From NCBI GenBank assembly GCA_963741955.1, contig CAVUKB010000007.1, forward strand, positions 160,001 to 224,000: a stretch of 64,000 bases of DNA, given 5' to 3'. Positions 1 through 9,579 of this stretch are shown piece by piece. Origin of the DNA: an uncultured Acidobacteriota bacterium (GTDB lineage Bacteria > Acidobacteriota > Thermoanaerobaculia > Gp7-AA8). The notes beneath the pieces are model-generated. The model searched no databases. It was not told the origin of the DNA and worked only from the letters and a program-made list of their open reading frames with translations. The position numbers were made by a program, and so were the translations under genes. The number at the start of each line of letters is the position of its first letter. The first letter of the stretch is position 1.

Positions 1-177
1 GCTCCTGCGAAGCAGGCTGCCGACTACACGGCGTGGCAGACGGTGGACGGCGTCAAAGTCCCGAAGAGCTTCACCCTCACCGTGAACGGCGAGCCTGCCG
101 GAACGGGCGAGATCGAGATCTTCGAGATCAATCCGAAGATCGACGAGTCGCTCCTGAAGAAGCCCGCAGGAAAGTAA
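1..177 (+). CDS. 3' end of a gene running in from the left edge (C-terminus resembling LolA-like/M16-associated tail domains)
   Basis: Manual frame-1 translation APAKQAADYTAWQTVDGVKVPKSFTLTVNGEPAGTGEIEIFEINPKIDESLLKKPAGK ending at TAA 175-177; DY..VDGVKVP..INP.ID pattern. Confidence 0.6.
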   Translation, partial: APAKQAADYTAWQTVDGVKVPKSFTLTVNGEPAGTGEIEIFEINPKIDESLLKKPAGK

Positions 178-289
178 GAGACGATTCGATCGTGCGGGGG
201 CGGACGCCCGTCCGTCCCTGCACGCCCTCGCACGCAGCACCAACCGAACATCCGACCGCGTGCGTGAGGGCCCCGAGGAGCGCGGGCCC

Positions 290-676
290 CTACGCGACGT
301 CGGCGCCGGCGTCCGCCAGCAGTTCCCGGAGTACCGAGCGGTGGCAGTGCGCTTCGTCCTCGCAGTAGCAGCCGACCGACAGGTTGGTCTGATGCGAGAG
401 CGCGGCGAGAAGCGCGATCAGCCGCGCATTGTCCGCCGACGACATCTCGGAGCGGTACTTGCGGACGAAGGACTTCCAGTCGCGGTCGGTCGACGCGGAG
501 CGGGCCTGCTTGACCAGATCAGCGTCCGGCGCGAGCTGGGGCAGCCAGACGTCGTACCAGTCATCGGACGCGAAGCGCTCCTTCGGAACTCCGCGCGGAG
601 GGCGGCGGACGGTTCCGACGCGAAGCCCTTCGCCGGCGTGACGGGGGGATCCGAGCCGTACGATTCGAATGCTCAT
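290..676 (-). CDS. DUF488/YeaO-family protein
   Basis: VRRPPRGVPKE, W.P.LAP and CYCEDEAHCHRSVL motifs. Confidence 0.85.
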   Translation of the reverse strand: MSIRIVRLGSPRHAGEGLRVGTVRRPPRGVPKERFASDDWYDVWLPQLAPDADLVKQARSASTDRDWKSFVRKYRSEMSSADNARLIALLAALSHQTNLSVGCYCEDEAHCHRSVLRELLADAGADVA

Positions 677-828
677 GGGCGAGGGCTATTCTATAGGAGT
701 CTGCGTCAGCTCCTCGACGGCGTCGCCACCGCCGGTTGTGGGGTGAGTCCGCGCTCCTTCATCGCGTGCAGCAGGAATACGCCCGCACTTCTTCGCAATG
801 CGCGAATCACACCCTGCGACCCGCTGCA

Positions 829-898
829 ATTCTCATCACCGCCGTTCGATTCTCATCACCTCTTCGTAAGTGACTCTGTTAGTGAACGTTGATTCACT
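829..898. promoter_or_regulatory. Candidate activator-binding sites upstream of the GcvH-like gene
   Basis: Direct repeat ATTCTCATCACC at 829-840 and 849-860; palindrome AGTGAA-N6-TTCACT at 881-898 in an AT-richer intergenic region. Confidence 0.4.
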
Positions 899-1051
899 TT
901 TGAGTAGTCGTTTACGAAAACTGCTGTTGTCATTTGCATCAACGGCTCTGAATCGCATCGACGTATGCAGCGTTTTTCCGCAAAAAACATCTCCAGCGTT
1001 TGCTTTCACTTAGGTCGAAGATCGCGGACTTTTTCGTCACTTCGCCAACTC

Positions 1052-1066
1052 GGGCACATCCATTGC
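1052..1066 (+). promoter_or_regulatory. Putative sigma54 (-24/-12) promoter
   Basis: GGGCACATCCATTGC with exact GG-N10-GC spacing, about 55 bp before ATG 1120; RBS AGGAGG at 1108-1113. Confidence 0.55.
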
Positions 1067-1119
1067 GCTAGAGAAGGGCAGATGGGCGGTCCCGGACGGG
1101 TGCCGCCAGGAGGTTGAAA

Positions 1120-1791
1120 ATGACAGTCCTTCTCATCGTCGCCATGTTCCTCGTGATCATCCTGATCGATCATCTCGTCACCCGCCAGCCGATCCCGGTC
1201 GCCTCCCCCGCGCCCGTTCGTCAGACCTCTGCCGAGTCTCGACCCGTTCCGGCCTTCGTCGGCGGGTTCTCCCTCCCCGACAATCTCCGCTACCACCCCG
1301 GTCACACCTGGGCGCTCCGTGAGAGCCCGAAGATGGTGCGCGTCGGTCTGGACGACTTCGCGACGAAGATCGCGGGAAAGATCGCTTCGGTCACCCTGCC
1401 GTCTCCCGGACAGTGGATCCGCCAGGGTCAGAAGATCTTCACCGTGGAGCGGAACGGACACGAAGTCGCAGTCGTGTCGCCGATCGAAGGCGCGGTCTCC
1501 GAAGTGAATCCCGCCATCGCCGAGAATCCGGACCTTCTCCATCAGGATCCTTATGGCGAGGGGTGGCTGATCACCGTCGACTCGCCCGACTCGAAGACGA
1601 ACTTCCGCAACCTCCTCGGCGGCACGCTCGCCCGACGCTGGCTCGAAGACGCCGCAGCGAAGCTCCGGCTCTTTGCCGCCGGACCGGTGGAAGCACTGGC
1701 GCAGGACGGCGGAGTGGCTCTCGACGACTTCACCGAGCATCTCACCGACGAAGAATGGGAGAAGATCACCCGGGAGTTCTTCCTCAGCTGA
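1120..1791 (+). CDS. Membrane-anchored glycine-cleavage H-protein-like protein lacking the lipoyl-lysine
   Basis: N-terminal TM helix; GcvH motifs YHPGHTW, VRVGLDDFA, SPIEG..EVN, DPYGEGWL; canonical VESVK is replaced by VERNG. Confidence 0.85.
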   Translation: MTVLLIVAMFLVIILIDHLVTRQPIPVASPAPVRQTSAESRPVPAFVGGFSLPDNLRYHPGHTWALRESPKMVRVGLDDFATKIAGKIASVTLPSPGQWIRQGQKIFTVERNGHEVAVVSPIEGAVSEVNPAIAENPDLLHQDPYGEGWLITVDSPDSKTNFRNLLGGTLARRWLEDAAAKLRLFAAGPVEALAQDGGVALDDFTEHLTDEEWEKITREFFLS

Positions 1792-1890
1792 AGAACGACC
1801 GACGCTCCCCGGCCCGCGGGCGACCTCTCCGGCCCGCGGGCCATTCTGCGTTCAGGCGCCGCCGCGGAAGCCGCAGGTTCGGGCGCAGAG

Positions 1891-2715
1891 CGCCTCACAC
1901 GGGGCTACTCTCAATCGTGCCATTGGCCCTGGAAGTCGCGCGAGTGGGAGCACGCGCGGATTCGTGGGGTCGGGCAACCACAATTTTGGAGCTCCGCACG
2001 GAGGGTCAACCCCACAGAATGAGGCATTCCCGACTGACAGACGTAGCCTGCGGCGATAGCCTCCCCATGCGCGGACACGCTTGCTTGTTCCGCCGCGTCT
2101 CGTTACCCCGGCGGTCACGCCGCGTGCAGGATCTCGTTCGCGCGGTGGCGCGGGCGGCGCAGGCACGCGTCGCGCCCGCCGGGATTTGCGTGAAGGAGCG
2201 AGGTGTGGGGTGTACGCGCGCGGAACCCCCGGGTTCCGGCGCTACGCGCCTCACCCGGGGCTACTCTCAATCGTGCCTACGGCACTGGGAGAGGCGCGAG
2301 AGGGATGGATGCGTGCTTCGTGGGGTCGGGCAACCAAAGTTTTGGCTTACTGACGCTCCGGGCGAGTGATACGACGCCGGCGTGCGTTCCGTAAGAGAAG
2401 AGCGTCAGAGCTGCAGTATGAAGTATTCCGATCCGACCGACGCAGGCTGCCGCGATAGTTTCCCAATGCGCGGTTGAGCGTCCTCGTCCGGACGTCTCCT
2501 GCCTCCGGCGGTCACGCCACGTGCAGGGGTTCGTTCGCGCGATGGCGCCGGCATCGCAGGCACGCGTCGCGCCCGCCGGGATTTGCGTGAAGGGCAACGT
2601 GAGTTGTTCTTCGCGCGCGGAACCCCCGGGTTCCGGCGCTACGCGCCTCACCCGGGGCTACTCTCAATCGTGCCTACGGCACTAGCCCCAGTGGCTGGGA
2701 GTCGCGCGAGTGGGA
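1891..2715. repeat. Tandem ~356-397 bp repeat units with a REP-like hairpin (family 2)
   Basis: 72 nt identical at 2215-2286 and 2612-2683, containing palindrome CCCCGGGT..GGCGC-TAC-GCGCC..ACCCGGGG; partial third copy 1891-1921; TTCGTGGGGTCGGGCAACCA at 1961 and 2317. Confidence 0.85.
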
Positions 2716-2799
2716 CAGAGGTGTGCCTGTCTCTCTCGGGTTGCCATTCCCGCAGCGAGCGGCGAGAATCGTCCCTTCGCGAACAGAACCAACCGGCGA

Positions 2800-3072
2800 C
2801 GCGCGGGTATCGAGTTGCCGGTCACGAAGATCTATGCGACGAATGACGGCGTCGCGCCGTCGGCGAAGGTCCTCGCGAACCGCTCCCTTCTTCCCGAAAC
2901 GACGAAGTGGGTCGCGATCGAGGGCGGCAACCACTCGCAGTTCGGAAACTATGGGCATCAACTGTTCGACGGGAAAGCGTCGATCAGCCGCGAGAAGCAG
3001 CAGTCGATCGTCGGTGCGGAGCTTCTGGCATCGCTGAAGCGTGTGGCGTCGGCAGCGCAGAGCGAGCGATGA
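2800..3072 (+). pseudogene. C-terminal fragment of an alpha/beta hydrolase
   Basis: LPVTKIYATNDGV...IEGGNHSQFGNYG (catalytic Asp/His region); no GxSxG-containing N-terminus or plausible start, and the repeat array lies upstream. Confidence 0.65.
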
Positions 3073-3103
3073 AACGGCGCGGTTCGCGATTCGAGCCGCG
3101 CGC

Positions 3104-3976
3104 TCACCCTTCCTCATCCGTCGCACGCGGGCGTGGGCTCCGGCACCATTCGCTCCACCCGCCCACGTAGAGCGATGCGCCGTGCATCCCGGCGATCTCG
3201 AGCGCGAGAAGGGTATGACACGCCGTGACTCCGGAGCCGCAGTGCACCACGAGGTGATCGGCGGAGGTTCCGGCAAGCAGCTTCTCGTACATCGCGCGCA
3301 GCTCGTCCGGGGCTTTGAATGTGCCGCCGGCGAGGTTCTCCGGGTACGGGAGATTCACCGCTCCGGGAATGTGTCCGGCGATCGGGTCGAGCGGCTCCTC
3401 CTTCCCCGCGAACCGCGGAGCGCTCCGGACATCGAGCACCCGCCAGGCGGGATCGGTACGCAGCTGATCGACCGCGTCGATGTCCACGAGCGAGAGCGAC
3501 CAGCCGCGGGCGGGGTACGGGGGCTGCGGAGAGACGACCGGCGACGCGGTGGTGAGAGGAATCCCTGCGGCGACCGCTGACGCGAGGCCGCCGTCTAGGA
3601 CGGCGACACGTTCGTGCCCGATCGCTCGCAGCATCCACCACGCGCGCGTCGCGGCGATCGCCCCCTCCTGGTCGTCGTAGACCACTACGTTGGTCGACGG
3701 CGTGATCCCCCACTCGCCGACCGTTCGACACCACTGCTCGAGATCCGGAAGGGGATGACGACCCCCGTGCACCGGATCCGCCGAAGGCTGACCGGCGCTG
3801 CTGAGCTGCGTGTCGCTGTCCGCGAAGCGGGCGCCCGGAAGATGCCCCGCGTCATACGACGCGCGATCCGTACGTGCATCGAGGAGGACCAGAGAATCGT
3901 TCGAGTCCAGTCCGTCTCTCAGCGCATCCGCAGAAACAATCGCTCCGCCTGTCATGCGTTCGCTTCCTTCAACCAT
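3104..3976 (-). CDS. sseA: Two-domain rhodanese / 3-mercaptopyruvate sulfurtransferase
   Basis: GHLPGA, GRHPLP, RAWW, GHIPGA, active-site CGSGVTAC, LYVGGWSEW. Confidence 0.92.
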   Translation of the reverse strand: MVEGSERMTGGAIVSADALRDGLDSNDSLVLLDARTDRASYDAGHLPGARFADSDTQLSSAGQPSADPVHGGRHPLPDLEQWCRTVGEWGITPSTNVVVYDDQEGAIAATRAWWMLRAIGHERVAVLDGGLASAVAAGIPLTTASPVVSPQPPYPARGWSLSLVDIDAVDQLRTDPAWRVLDVRSAPRFAGKEEPLDPIAGHIPGAVNLPYPENLAGGTFKAPDELRAMYEKLLAGTSADHLVVHCGSGVTACHTLLALEIAGMHGASLYVGGWSEWCRSPRPRATDEEG

Positions 3977-4170
3977 CGTTTCGCCTCATCATCCGGAGCA
4001 CTGCTGAGTCGAGCCTGTTCGCGCCGCACGCGTGAATCCAGGAGTCGATTCTCACGGCACCGCGTTTCGCGAGGAGAGTCGCCGAAGCGGCGGCGTTCTC
4101 GCGAACGAGACGATATCATCTCGCGCTGACCCGGCCAGGTCCGGATCGACGGTCGAGCGTGGCGCCAGAT

Positions 4171-4518
4171 CTACGACACCGCATCCTCTGATCCCGCCGG
4201 ATCGAAGCCCCAACGCTCGCGCATCCGCTGCTTGAATCGCTCCCGCTCCTCCGGCGTCATCCGATCGAAGCGTTCCTTCCTCCAGCGGCGGAAGCCGGAG
4301 TGATGTGAATGTGCGCGTCCGACTCCACCGAACAGGATTCTCGCGAGCAGCAGGAGGCCCAGCGCCTGCCAGAACGTGATCGCATGGAAGCCGAAGAGGG
4401 ACGGCAGCAGCCAGTTCCATAGCAGCTTCACCACTTCGCCGCCGAGGGCGATGAAAGCCGCGATTCCCACGATCGCCAGCGGTGCAATGAAAATCAGTCG
4501 TTTCACTTTCGGTCTCAT
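4171..4518 (-). CDS. Conserved small membrane protein downstream of the ECF sigma factor
   Basis: LWNWLLP.LFG...ITFWQALGLLLL, two TM segments and an MTPEERERF tail; 10 bp after the sigma gene. Confidence 0.75.
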   Translation of the reverse strand: MRPKVKRLIFIAPLAIVGIAAFIALGGEVVKLLWNWLLPSLFGFHAITFWQALGLLLLARILFGGVGRAHSHHSGFRRWRKERFDRMTPEERERFKQRMRERWGFDPAGSEDAVS

Positions 4519-4528
4519 ATCCAGTCCC

Positions 4529-5113
4529 TCACAGGTTGATGAATTCGTCGTAGACGTTCTGTAATCGTTCGCGAAGACGGAGTACGGCGTAGCGCTTGCG
4601 CGAGAGGAGGGTGTTCACGTTCACTCCGCTCTCCGCGGCGATGTCTCTGAAGCTCCGCCCCTCCAGCTCGTGCGCCACGAAGACTTCCCGCTGCTCGGGA
4701 GGAAGCTCGCCGATCGCCACTGCGAGCTCCTCGAGGATGACGTGGCGCACGTACAGAGCTTCCGGTCCGGCGTCCGGCGAAGGGAGGAGATCTTCGACAT
4801 TCAGTGACTCGTCTTCCTCTTCCGACGAGGCGACGTCGCCGAAACGCAGCGGCTTCTTCCGCCGGAAAAGATCGGTGATGCGGTTTCGCGCCACGCGGAA
4901 CAGCCACCCGGTGACGTGCTCGATCGGCATCACGAGGCGATTCGCTTCCACCAGCTCGTAGAAGACGTCCTGCAGGATGTCGTCGACGTCACGCGGATCG
5001 AGAACCCTCCGGCGGATGAAGGCCCGCAGCCGCGACTCTTCCCGCTCGACTGCTGCGGAGATCCGCTCGTCCTGTTCCAATGCCACACGCTCCACGCTCG
5101 CCGCGTCGTCCAT
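4529..5113 (-). CDS. ECF-family RNA polymerase sigma-70 factor
   Basis: DILQDVF, WLFRVARNRITD, LPPEQREVF, region-4 HTH. Confidence 0.93.
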   Translation of the reverse strand: MDDAASVERVALEQDERISAAVEREESRLRAFIRRRVLDPRDVDDILQDVFYELVEANRLVMPIEHVTGWLFRVARNRITDLFRRKKPLRFGDVASSEEEDESLNVEDLLPSPDAGPEALYVRHVILEELAVAIGELPPEQREVFVAHELEGRSFRDIAAESGVNVNTLLSRKRYAVLRLRERLQNVYDEFINL

Positions 5114-5254
5114 CTCCTCTTCAAGACGAATGAGGGCCTCGAATATTGTAGGAGCATGAACGGAGAGATCGCCGATTCCAGCCGTTCCGATCGATCTCGC
5201 TCGACCGTCCTCTGATGCCCCTCCGGGCTTCGAACGTGGTAAGGTCCGGGCGGA

Positions 5255-5293
5255 GAGTCTGCGCGGTAGAAACTGTCCTGCTGCGCAGACTCC
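5255..5293. repeat. Mini inverted-repeat copy of the GGAGTCTGCGCGGTAG TIR family
   Basis: GAGTCTGCGCGGTAG ... CTGCTGCGCAGACTCC; the same motif occurs at 55722-55899 and 61623-61638. Confidence 0.55.
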
Positions 5294-5307
5294 CGGGGGA
5301 CGGAAGC

Positions 5308-5721
5308 TTGATCAGACCCCGAATCGCCATCGCCGCCGTGGCGGTCCTTCTCGCCTCGTGCGCCACAGGGACTCACTCGACCGAGGACCCGCGGCTCGAT
5401 GTCGCGGCGTCCATGCGGACGTCGACCCGGCGGGAGAGCACGGACTTTCTCTACCTGGTCCGGGTTCGAAACGTCTCCGGACACATGCTCTTCATCCGCC
5501 GAGTCGACGTCGAGCCGATCGGCGGAGGCCAGATCCGGCCGGCGTTCGCGACCTGGTCGAAACAGGTCGAGCCGGGAGAGGAGATCGCGCTCTCGATCTG
5601 GGCAGAGCTCGATCCGAAGGAGACGGCCATGGGAGTCGGCGACCAGCTGGCGAAGATCATCGTCTCGTTCGACGATGGGGCGGAGAAGATTCTCGGCACG
5701 TATCTCGTGCACTTGAAGTGA
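5308..5721 (+). CDS. Hypothetical lipoprotein
   Basis: Hydrophobic signal with lipobox LASC; TTG start inferred. Confidence 0.6.
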   Translation: MIRPRIAIAAVAVLLASCATGTHSTEDPRLDVAASMRTSTRRESTDFLYLVRVRNVSGHMLFIRRVDVEPIGGGQIRPAFATWSKQVEPGEEIALSIWAELDPKETAMGVGDQLAKIIVSFDDGAEKILGTYLVHLK

Positions 5722-5815
5722 GGACGCACACTCTTCTCGTGAATGTCGGGCTGGTGTTCCATGCGGCACGATATTCCGGAAACCGATCTCTACCGATGCC
5801 CGCGAGGAGGTTGCG

Positions 5816-6166
5816 ATGTCGAGACGCGCGCGTGTACGGCTTCGCGCGATCAAGCTCGCTCACACAGTTGTGTGGGCGCTGTTCGCCGGTTCGATCCTCG
5901 CCATTCCCGCCTTTGCGTGGATGCGGAATCTGCCGGTCGCATGGATCCTCATCGGAATCGTCTTCTGCGAAGTCCTCGTCCTCCTCTTCAACGGGATGCG
6001 CTGCCCGCTCACCGACGTCGCGGCAAAGTACACCGGCGACCGTCGCGACAACTTCGACATCTATCTTCCCGAGTGGCTCGCGCGACACAACAAGACGATC
6101 TTCGGACTCCTCTACGTGGTCGGGATTCTCGTGACCATCGCCGAGGAGCTGCGGCAGACCGGGTAG
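5816..6166 (+). CDS. Small membrane protein (DUF2784-like)
   Basis: IKLAHT..W, CPLT and NFDIYLP.WLA motifs; 3 TM segments. Confidence 0.7.
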   Translation: MSRRARVRLRAIKLAHTVVWALFAGSILAIPAFAWMRNLPVAWILIGIVFCEVLVLLFNGMRCPLTDVAAKYTGDRRDNFDIYLPEWLARHNKTIFGLLYVVGILVTIAEELRQTG

Positions 6167-6220
6167 GTGGCGAGGGACGGCAGGGGCCGCGGGCGAGTGG
6201 AGACGAAATGTGAGATCGGG

Positions 6221-6940
6221 CTAAGCCGTGGCGGCGCGAGAGGTCGACTCTTCGTCCGCCGGGCAGTTCAGATCGCGCCGCCGTTCGAGATCGTTCCGCA
6301 CCGCGCGCTTGAAGTCTTCTTCGCTCGACGAATCCGCATTGAGGGCGGCCCGGTATTCGGCGATGTCGACCAGCTCGAGGTTCATGCGGATGGTCTTGAA
6401 GACTCCGACCCGCTTCTCGCCCGGCGCCTGCACGTGATGCAGCCCGCCGCTGTACGCGAGGAGCATCCGGCCTTCCTTCATCGCCTCGAGGATGTCCGCG
6501 ATCCCGCCCCGCACGGTCATCGGATTTCCGTGCGAATCGAGGCCGCCGCGCCGCATCATCCGCCCTTCCGGGAGAATGATCACCATTGAATTCCGCTCGA
6601 TCTTCTGCAGCACCGCCGCCCAGGTGTGGTCGCGCTCCCGGGTGATCGAGACGACGTGGTGTGCCACGAAGCGGAAGAGTTTCCCGACGAACGGGCGTCC
6701 GATCGTCTTTTCGGCCGCCGGCACCACTCCGTGATGGGCGATCCTCCAGAGGAAGGAGTTCGGGGTGCCCGCAGCGAACAGCGGCTCGAAGAGACTGGTG
6801 TGATTGAGCAGGGCGACCAGCCGGATGCGCTTCCACCGGTCGCGGGGAGGCGAGCCGATCCACCGGAAGTCGACCCGATAGAAGAGACGGGTGACCACCT
6901 TGATGGCCAGAAGCAGATTGAAAACGAGATAGCTTCGCAA
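6221..6940 (-). CDS. 1-acyl-sn-glycerol-3-phosphate acyltransferase (PlsC-like)
   Basis: NHTSLFE and ILPEGR acyltransferase motifs. Confidence 0.8.
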   Translation of the reverse strand: MRSYLVFNLLLAIKVVTRLFYRVDFRWIGSPPRDRWKRIRLVALLNHTSLFEPLFAAGTPNSFLWRIAHHGVVPAAEKTIGRPFVGKLFRFVAHHVVSITRERDHTWAAVLQKIERNSMVIILPEGRMMRRGGLDSHGNPMTVRGGIADILEAMKEGRMLLAYSGGLHHVQAPGEKRVGVFKTIRMNLELVDIAEYRAALNADSSSEEDFKRAVRNDLERRRDLNCPADEESTSRAATA

Positions 6941-7099
6941 TGGAGATTCCCGATTCCGGCGGAAGCGTACACGACGCTTCCGGGTCGTTCAAGTCGGCCC
7001 GGTTTGCTGGAAAAACGAGGAGATGCGAGTTAAGTTGTTGTCAGGAAGGATGCTTGACGTCGTTCCGACGGAGTCGGAAGCGAGGCAGGAGGAACCGCG

Positions 7100-7330
7100 A
7101 TGAGCCGTGAATTCAAGCAGATGAAGCTGACCCCTCAGGAGCGGTCGGTGGCCCAGAGCCTGATGCGGGGCGAGAGCCCTCAGGACACCTGCGTGCGCCT
7201 CCACATCGCACGAAGCCGCTACCAGACCATCGTCCATCACATGTTGGAGCGAACGCACGCCCACAGCCAGGTCGAGTTGGTGAACCGGCTGATCGAGCTC
7301 GAATCGGGACCGCGAACCACCGGGCATTGA
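7100..7330 (+). CDS. Stand-alone LuxR-like helix-turn-helix protein
   Basis: LTPQERSV...G.S...L.I...T...SQVELV pattern; RBS AGGAGG upstream. Confidence 0.6.
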   Translation: MSREFKQMKLTPQERSVAQSLMRGESPQDTCVRLHIARSRYQTIVHHMLERTHAHSQVELVNRLIELESGPRTTGH

Positions 7331-7346
7331 CAGTCCGGGCTCGGAG

Positions 7347-8372
7347 TCATTCCTGCGGATGGAGGATCACCCTCCCTTTGACCTTCCCCGCGCGGAGAGA
7401 CTCGAGACCGTCTTCCCACCGGTTCAGAGGGAGAGTCGAGTCGACGATCGTCTTCACCCTCCCGTCGCCGACCAGCGCCACCGCCTCCTCGAGCTCGGCG
7501 CGCGTATTGCCGACGGATCCGGTGACGGTCGCTTCGGTGATCACCAGCTGGATCGGATGGACGGTGAACGGATCCTCCGAATAGCCGATGAAGATGATCC
7601 GTCCGCGCTTCGCGACCATGGCGACCGCGGATGACATCGTGGCGGATGTTCCCACCAGGTCGAACACCACGTCCGCTCCGCGTCCTCCCGTGAGCTGGCG
7701 CACGACTGCTGCGACGTCGCGGGTATCGGCTGAATTGATCACGTGATCGGCGCCGAGCGAACGTGCGACATCGAGCTTTTCGTCGGTCCGGCCGACGCCG
7801 AAGACCTTTGCGCCGCGAAGCTTTGCGATCTGCACCAGACCGAACCCCACCGCTCCGATGCCGTAGACGACGGCGACGTCTCCTTCCCGCAGATGGGCGA
7901 GATTGGCGGCGTGTACACCGGTGGCGACCGCGCAGCCGATGGGAGCAGCCTCGTCGAACGAGAGACTCTCCGGAAGAGGAATCGCATTCCGCGCCGGCAC
8001 GGCGATCACCTCGGCGTATCCGCCGTCCTGAAAAAATCCGTATTCGGCGCGGAGATTTCCGCAGAGGTTCTCGTCGCCGCGGCGGCACCATTCGCACGTG
8101 CCGCATCCGGCGTAGTAGTAGACGAGAACCCTCTCTCCCTTCTTCCGGTCGCGGGCCGTGGCGCCGGTCGCCTCGATGGTCCCGGCGATCTCGTGACCCA
8201 TGATGATCGGAGCGACGCCGAGGTTCAACAGGCCCGATTCGAAATGGAGCTCGGTATGGCACATTCCGGCGGAGTGGATGCGGACGAGGACTTCATCGTC
8301 GCGTAAGGCCGGCTCGGGAACGTCCTCGAGACGGAAGGTCTGATTCGGGCCGTGGTAGCGAACTGCCTTCAT
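7347..8372 (-). CDS. Zinc-dependent alcohol dehydrogenase (MDR family)
   Basis: CHTE, GHE, CGTCEWC..G.ENLC and GIGAVG motifs. Confidence 0.93.
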   Translation of the reverse strand: MKAVRYHGPNQTFRLEDVPEPALRDDEVLVRIHSAGMCHTELHFESGLLNLGVAPIIMGHEIAGTIEATGATARDRKKGERVLVYYYAGCGTCEWCRRGDENLCGNLRAEYGFFQDGGYAEVIAVPARNAIPLPESLSFDEAAPIGCAVATGVHAANLAHLREGDVAVVYGIGAVGFGLVQIAKLRGAKVFGVGRTDEKLDVARSLGADHVINSADTRDVAAVVRQLTGGRGADVVFDLVGTSATMSSAVAMVAKRGRIIFIGYSEDPFTVHPIQLVITEATVTGSVGNTRAELEEAVALVGDGRVKTIVDSTLPLNRWEDGLESLRAGKVKGRVILHPQE

Positions 8373-8489
8373 ACTCCCTCCGATGCTGAAGGATCGATTC
8401 GGTCTCGACCCTTCATCTTATGCCGGATCGGTGAATGGTGCCGAGAGAGGGGGCGCCATTTCGCGTTGAGATGGGTACAATAGAGAACG

Positions 8490-8939
8490 ATGGAAGAGTC
8501 GCTGATCACGGTCGCCGCCTACGACCAGCTGATCGAGGCGGACGTGGCGAGGTCGGTGCTCGAAGGTTCCGGCATCGGCTGCGCAATCGACGACGACGGA
8601 GAAACGGCGGCGGGGCCGATTCTCCTGAAAGTGAGAGGGCCCGACGCGCGCGCGGCCGCGGCGATGCTCTCGTCGACTCCTTCCGCCACTCTGGTTCGCT
8701 ACCGACCCCCGAGCGCAGAGGCGGCATGTCCCAATTGCGGAGCCAGGTCGGCCGAGCGCAGCTATGCCACGCTCTTCGTTCTCCTCTCCGTTCTCCTGAC
8801 GCTCGAGATCGCGACGCTGATGTGGCAGCGGATGCTCCTCCCGTGGGTGACCGTCAGCGCACTCGTCCTCTACGCACTGGTCGGCACGATGGTGCGGGAA
8901 TGGCGTTGTGCGGAGTGCAGCCGCCGCTGGCGAAGCTGA
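8490..8939 (+). CDS. DUF2007-domain membrane protein with split zinc ribbon
   Basis: EADVARSVLEGSGI; CPNC-2TM-CAEC. Confidence 0.7.
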   Translation: MEESLITVAAYDQLIEADVARSVLEGSGIGCAIDDDGETAAGPILLKVRGPDARAAAAMLSSTPSATLVRYRPPSAEAACPNCGARSAERSYATLFVLLSVLLTLEIATLMWQRMLLPWVTVSALVLYALVGTMVREWRCAECSRRWRS

Positions 8940-9196
8940 GACGCGCGCGGGATCCCGTCGCCAATTTCTCCGACTCCGATTCACTGCGGCGGCACACCGC
9001 CACGTCGGGAGTGCACTCGCGCCCTCGGGCGCAGATGAAAGTGGTGGAGTCGCATCCTCAAACTGGAGACATGACCCCCGTCCGGTTGGACGGCCACCGG
9101 AGGAGACGCACTGCAACTGACGGAGAGTCCGGGGATTCAACTGCAGGAAACGATTCCGGGAGATCGAGTGAGCGGGCGGCGTGGAGTCGCGCGCGC

Positions 9197-9421
9197 TCAG
9201 TCGCCCATCAGACGCGACCACGGCATGTTCCGCACGGAAATGACGTGATCGTCGATGTCCTTCTGCGTCGCCGTGTTGCCGAGGTGGCGCTGCAGATAGT
9301 CGACTTCGGTGCTGACGAGGGAGTCGCCCCGGGGAAGAAGCCGCGATGCCGCTTCCTGGAGGCGCTTTTCAGTCACGTTGAGTTTCTTGGCTCGCTTGGT
9401 GGGAGTGGTCAATGTGCTCAT
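9197..9421 (-). CDS. Small hypothetical protein (74 aa)
   Basis: RBS GGAGA then MSTLTTPTKR...MPWSRLMGD; AT-rich upstream region. Confidence 0.6.
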   Translation of the reverse strand: MSTLTTPTKRAKKLNVTEKRLQEAASRLLPRGDSLVSTEVDYLQRHLGNTATQKDIDDHVISVRNMPWSRLMGD

Positions 9422-9579
9422 GATTTCTCCAACAGATCGAAAACCCGATTCACTCCAATTTTCTCTATGATTCTCCTGAAAATGATGAAAATCAAGGAAA
9501 AACCGAGGAAATTTGCGCGAGAACGCGTCGACGAACCCGTCCGATGGAAAAGGAATCGTCGCGCTCGGAGCGACGCGTG

